Source: Alphaproteobacteria bacterium (GTDB lineage: Bacteria > Pseudomonadota > Alphaproteobacteria > UBA6615). Taken from it: DNA of 50,944 nt. Location: positions 1 through 50,944 of the forward strand of contig JAPUHN010000318.1 of NCBI GenBank assembly GCA_027297685.1, in the 5' to 3' direction. Shown piece after piece: positions 47,317-50,944 of this stretch (its first letter is position 1; every line of letters starts with the position of its first letter). The position numbers were made by a program, and so were the translations under genes. Under the pieces are notes generated by a model. The model saw only the letters and a program-made list of their open reading frames with translations. It did not search any database and was not told the DNA's origin.

Positions 47317-49485
47317 GTGACGGTAAGTGACCAAGCGGAAGGTCCACATTTCGATGCGGCGTCGGTCGATGGCGCTGCACCCGAGCGGTTCATCAATCGC
47401 GAACTGTCTTGGCTCGCGTTTAACGAGCGGGTCTTGGAGGAGGCGGACAATCAGGCACACCCGCTACTCGAACGTCTGAGGTTCTTGTCGATATCGGCGT
47501 CGAACCTGGACGAATTTTATATGGTTCGCGTCGCCGGGCTGAAGGGGCAGGTGGCGGCTGACGTAAAATCGCCGAGCCAAGACGGCATGACGCCGCGCCA
47601 GCAACTCGCCGCCATCCACGAACGCGCCAGTACGCTAACCAATGAGCAGCAGCGAATTTGGCGCAAGTTGCGTGGCAATCTACGCGAACATAACATCGCC
47701 GTCGTTGAACCCGACGAACTCAGTGCAGCCGAACGAAACTGGCTCGAGGCGCACTTCATGACGTCGATATTTCCGGTGTTGACGCCGCTCGCCGTCGATT
47801 CCGCGCATCCGTTCCCGTTCATACCCAACTTCGGATTGGCGCTGGCTCTCCAACTCGTGCGACCCAGCGATAACCGGAGATTGGTCGGCCTGTTGCCGCT
47901 GCCCGCGCAGATCAACAGGTTCATCTGCCTGCCCGGGGGCAAATGCCGGTTCATCTTGTTGGAAAAATTGGCGACGATGTACCTCGATGAGCTGTTTCCT
48001 GGTTTCGAGATGGACAGCGCCGGCGTATTCCGGGTTGTTCGCGACAGCGACATCGAAATCCTCGAAGAGGCCGAAGATCTGGTCCGGGTGTTCGAGACGG
48101 CGTTAAAGCGTCGGCGGCGGGGCGACGTAATTCGATTGACGATCGATGCGTCGATGCCGGCCGATCTGCAAGAATTTGTCACCAGCCACATTGGCGTCGA
48201 TAAAAGCGATATCTTTGTTATCGACGGCGTTCTTGGCCTCGACCGGACGGGCGAACTTATCGTCGACAACCGGCCAGACCTTCTTTTCGAGCCGTTCGAT
48301 ATTCGCTTTCCCGAACGCATTCGCGACTTTGCCGGCGACTGTTTCGCGGCCATCCGGGCCAAGGATATCGTTGTCCATCACCCATTCGAATCGTTCGATG
48401 TGGTGGTGCAGTTTGTACGGCAGGCGGCGCGCGATCCTCAGGTGGTGGCGATCAAACAGACGCTGTATCGCACATCCGAGGATTCGCCGGTGGTGCGCGC
48501 GCTAATCGAGGCGGCTGAAGCGGGCAAGTCGGTGACAGCGCTGATCGAGTTGAAAGCGCGCTTTGACGAGGAAGCGAACATTCGCTGGGCGCGGGAACTG
48601 GAACGCGCCGGGGTTCAGGTGGTCTACGGTTTCATCGACCTTAAGACCCATGCCAAGATCAGTTTGGCGGTTCGCCGCGAAGGCGATGACCTCACGACCT
48701 ACGCCCATTTCGGCACGGGCAACTATCATCCGATCACCGCGCGCATTTATACCGATTTAAGCTATTTCACCAACGATCCCACACTGTGCCAGGACGCCGG
48801 GCGGATATTTAACTACATGACCGGCTATGCGCGGCCGGAGTCCCTGGCCAAGATTGCCGTTGCTCCGGTCAGCTTGCGCAAAACCCTGATGGACCTGATC
48901 AACGACGAGATTGTCCACGCCAATGCCGGCAGACCTGCTCATATTTGGGCGAAGCTGAACAATTTGGTCGACGGTGGCATCATAGATGCGCTGTACGGCG
49001 CTTCGCAGGCTGGCGTGCAGATCAGGCTGGTGATCCGTGGCATATGTTGTCTGCGGCCCGGTATACCGGGGCTGAGCGAAAACATCGAAGTTAAGAGCAT
49101 GGTCGGCCGGTTCCTCGAGCATGCTCGTGTTGTCGTGTTTGGCGCCGGCCACGAGTTGCCGTCGCCCTATGCCAAGGTGTTTATCTCGTCCGCCGACTGG
49201 ATGCCGCGCAACCTTGATCGCCGCGTCGAGATCATGGTGCCAATCGAGAACGAAACCGTGCAGCAACAGATACTCGACCAAATCATGGTTGCGAACCTAA
49301 TGGACGTGGCGCAAAGCTGGACCATGGGTTCCGACGGCGGTTACACGCGGACCGGCACCGGCGATGCGGCAGAGCCATTCAGTGCCCACACTTATTTTAT
49401 GACCAATCCCAGTCTGTCGGGACGGGGCAGCGCTCTCAAAGACCCCGGCAGCGTGCCGCGCCTGTTGGTTCACAATCGCGATTAA
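47317..49485 (+). CDS. ppk: Polyphosphate kinase 1
   Basis: [52 protein letters not shown] and two PLD-like HKD-type C-domains. 722 aa, GTG start. Confidence 0.93.
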   Translation: MTVSDQAEGPHFDAASVDGAAPERFINRELSWLAFNERVLEEADNQAHPLLERLRFLSISASNLDEFYMVRVAGLKGQVAADVKSPSQDGMTPRQQLAAIHERASTLTNEQQRIWRKLRGNLREHNIAVVEPDELSAAERNWLEAHFMTSIFPVLTPLAVDSAHPFPFIPNFGLALALQLVRPSDNRRLVGLLPLPAQINRFICLPGGKCRFILLEKLATMYLDELFPGFEMDSAGVFRVVRDSDIEILEEAEDLVRVFETALKRRRRGDVIRLTIDASMPADLQEFVTSHIGVDKSDIFVIDGVLGLDRTGELIVDNRPDLLFEPFDIRFPERIRDFAGDCFAAIRAKDIVVHHPFESFDVVVQFVRQAARDPQVVAIKQTLYRTSEDSPVVRALIEAAEAGKSVTALIELKARFDEEANIRWARELERAGVQVVYGFIDLKTHAKISLAVRREGDDLTTYAHFGTGNYHPITARIYTDLSYFTNDPTLCQDAGRIFNYMTGYARPESLAKIAVAPVSLRKTLMDLINDEIVHANAGRPAHIWAKLNNLVDGGIIDALYGASQAGVQIRLVIRGICCLRPGIPGLSENIEVKSMVGRFLEHARVVVFGAGHELPSPYAKVFISSADWMPRNLDRRVEIMVPIENETVQQQILDQIMVANLMDVAQSWTMGSDGGYTRTGTGDAAEPFSAHTYFMTNPSLSGRGSALKDPGSVPRLLVHNRD

Positions 49486-49491
49486 TTCCGA

Positions 49492-49554
49492 ATGGGCGCC
49501 ACGGCGATGGCGACCGATATCGGGTTCGACTCGATCCGGTTGGTCGTCGATTGA
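49492..49554 (+). pseudogene. Relic of the exopolyphosphatase (Ppx/GppA) N-terminus
   Basis: A 20-codon ORF, MGATAMATDIGFDSIRLVVD-stop. Compare the Ppx/GppA phosphate-1 motif A(A/V)(I/V)D(L/I)GSNS(F/V)(H/R)(L/M)VV. It lies 7 nt after the ppk stop, the position where ppx usually sits. Confidence 0.45.
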
Positions 49555-49570
49555 TCGGCAGAAGCTTCGT

Positions 49571-50857
49571 TTATTCCTGCTCACTGCCGGTTGCCGCTGG
49601 CAGCGTTTCGAGTGCCGCTTGGCGTTTCCGCCGGCGCCCGGCGCCCCGTCGCTTACCGCTACTTCTGGCTGGCTCGCTCGCCGGCAAGGGGTCCACGTCG
49701 CCCGCGTCGTTCACAGAAACAAGGCGAACGTGGGTGCCGGTCGCGGCCAGGGCCACTTGGCCGTGCTTCAGGCGCAATGCGTCGGCGCCGAAAAGTTCTC
49801 GCCGCCATCCGTTCAGCGCGGCGACATCGGCATTATCGTCGGCGGCGATGAGCTCAAGGTCGCTGACGTTGGCGATCAGACGCTGAGCGACTTGGTGCTC
49901 CTCGCATTTGTGCTTCAACAAAACTTTTAACAGGTCGGTGAGTGGCCCTATACCACTGGGCAGCTCGCGTTTGGGCGCCACCGTCGGTGCGAGATCCGGC
50001 GACATCGCCACACCTTGGGCGACCGCGTCGAGCAGACCGGTGCCGAGCCGGCTGTTAGAAAAACCGCGCGACAGTCCCCGTACGCGTTCCAGTGCGTTGG
50101 CGTCAGTTGGAGGGCGGGCCGCGACTTGAAGCAAGGTTTCGTCGCGCACGACGCGATTGCGCGGCAAGTCGCGAGTCATCGCTTCGTGTTCGCGCCACGC
50201 CGCGACCGCCTGTAGAACAGCCAGATATCGCGGTTCGTTGCGCTTTGGTTTCAGCCGACGCCACGCTTCGACGGGTTCGACGCGGTAGATCGCCGGGTCA
50301 GTCAGTAGCGCGATTTCCTCCTCGATCCAGTGCAGACGACCGGTTTCCTCGACGCGTGCGCGCAATGCCTCATAGATCGGCCGCAGGTGGGTAACGTCAC
50401 CCAGCGCATAGTTAAGTTGCTCTTCGCTGAGCGGCCGGCGTGACCAATCGGTAAACCGGGAAGATTTGTCGAGCCGGGCGCCGGTTAACTTGGCGACGAG
50501 GGCCTCGTAGCCAACCTGGTCGCCGAACCCGCAAACCATTGCCGCAACCTGAGTATCGAACAGCGGCCGCGGAAGCTCGCCGGTCATGTGGAAAAATATT
50601 TCCATATCCTGCCGCGCGGCGTGCATGACCTTGACGATGCTGGCGTCTGCCAACAATTCCAATATGGGAGTTAGGTCGATGTTATCGGCCAGCGGGTCGA
50701 CCGCGACGGCGTCGTCCGGACCGGCAATTTGCAGCAAGCACAGCCGAGGCCAGAATGTGCCTTCGCGCATGAACTCGGTATCGACGGTGAGGTAGTCGGC
50801 ACGCGCCAGAGATTTGCAAATATCTGCTAGCGCTGCAGACGTTGTGATCAGTGACAT
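49571..50857 (-). CDS. rnd: Ribonuclease D with a basic C-terminal extension
   Basis: DEDD exonuclease motifs (LTVDTEFMRE, MHAARQDMEIF, YALGDVTHL) and an HRDC region. The tail SSGKRRGAGRRRKRQAA extends beyond the usual end. Confidence 0.9.
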   Translation of the reverse strand: MSLITTSAALADICKSLARADYLTVDTEFMREGTFWPRLCLLQIAGPDDAVAVDPLADNIDLTPILELLADASIVKVMHAARQDMEIFFHMTGELPRPLFDTQVAAMVCGFGDQVGYEALVAKLTGARLDKSSRFTDWSRRPLSEEQLNYALGDVTHLRPIYEALRARVEETGRLHWIEEEIALLTDPAIYRVEPVEAWRRLKPKRNEPRYLAVLQAVAAWREHEAMTRDLPRNRVVRDETLLQVAARPPTDANALERVRGLSRGFSNSRLGTGLLDAVAQGVAMSPDLAPTVAPKRELPSGIGPLTDLLKVLLKHKCEEHQVAQRLIANVSDLELIAADDNADVAALNGWRRELFGADALRLKHGQVALAATGTHVRLVSVNDAGDVDPLPASEPARSSGKRRGAGRRRKRQAALETLPAATGSEQE

Positions 50858-50944
50858 TGGCGCTGTTCTACACGGATTCGACGGCGCCCGGAAGCTGCGG
50901 TCTGGCGGACGACCAACCAGCAGCTTCCAGCGACGGGTTGACAG

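Noticed and set aside
5533-48362. Other long antisense or off-frame ORFs: 5533-6246(-), 10556-11233(-), 17080-17775(+), 26156-26848(-), 32082-32948(-), 33575-34225(-), 35097-35783(+), 41215-42006(-), 46326-47258(-), 47517-48362(-).
   Set aside because: Each is fully embedded opposite or out of frame with a gene that has strong family motifs. Long stop-free alternative frames are expected at this GC content. I found no independent evidence for overlapping genes.
50890-50928. 9-bp inverted repeat GGAAGCTGC / GCAGCTTCC upstream of rnd at the window edge.
   Set aside because: The neighbouring gene is cut off by the window end, so its role (terminator of an upstream gene or a regulatory site) cannot be judged.
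1-50944. Searched by eye for CRISPR arrays, IS or transposase ends, integrases, toxin-antitoxin pairs, restriction-modification systems or other defence islands, and rRNA/tRNA genes.
   Set aside because: None found. Every large ORF is assignable to a housekeeping family, and no spaced direct-repeat arrays are present. A manual scan cannot exclude short or degenerate elements.

Overview
GC-rich (about 60% by eye, not computed) bacterial chromosome segment. Gene content and order look alphaproteobacterial: hdaA-ppk, purN-purM, lptD-surA-pdxA-rsmA, lptF/lptG next to pepA-holC, a DUF2794 gene and a small aa3-oxidase subunit IV-like gene. All product calls come from reading the translated ORFs for family motifs; no database search was run. 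I support about 50 protein genes, nearly all housekeeping: translation, fatty-acid synthesis, purine synthesis, LPS transport, replication and repair, and peptidoglycan amino-sugar salvage. They are packed very tightly, with many stop/start overlaps. I found no rRNA, tRNA, CRISPR array, IS element, integrase, prophage or recognisable defence genes, and no convincing novel multi-gene system. Several local anomalies stand out. (1) A roughly 170-nt near-perfect long inverted repeat with internal hairpins sits in an unusually large lptF-pepA divergent spacer; it may be an unclassified structured RNA or a palindromic element. (2) A small low-GC islet at 8.2-8.9 kb holds an orphan FlaG-like gene, a block of about 86% AT with phased direct repeats, and a Cys-rich small protein. 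(3) purM has no canonical in-frame start; the options are an ATT start or a 1-nt indel in a T-run. (4) Two gene relics suggest deletional decay: a 20-codon ppx N-terminus after ppk, and a quinone-oxidoreductase C-terminus between dnaB and cfa. (5) A FemAB-type transferase sits inside a MurNAc/GlcNAc salvage cluster. (6) Ribosomal proteins S6 and L9 carry low-complexity C-terminal tails, and the S6 tail is encoded by a 12-bp tandem repeat.
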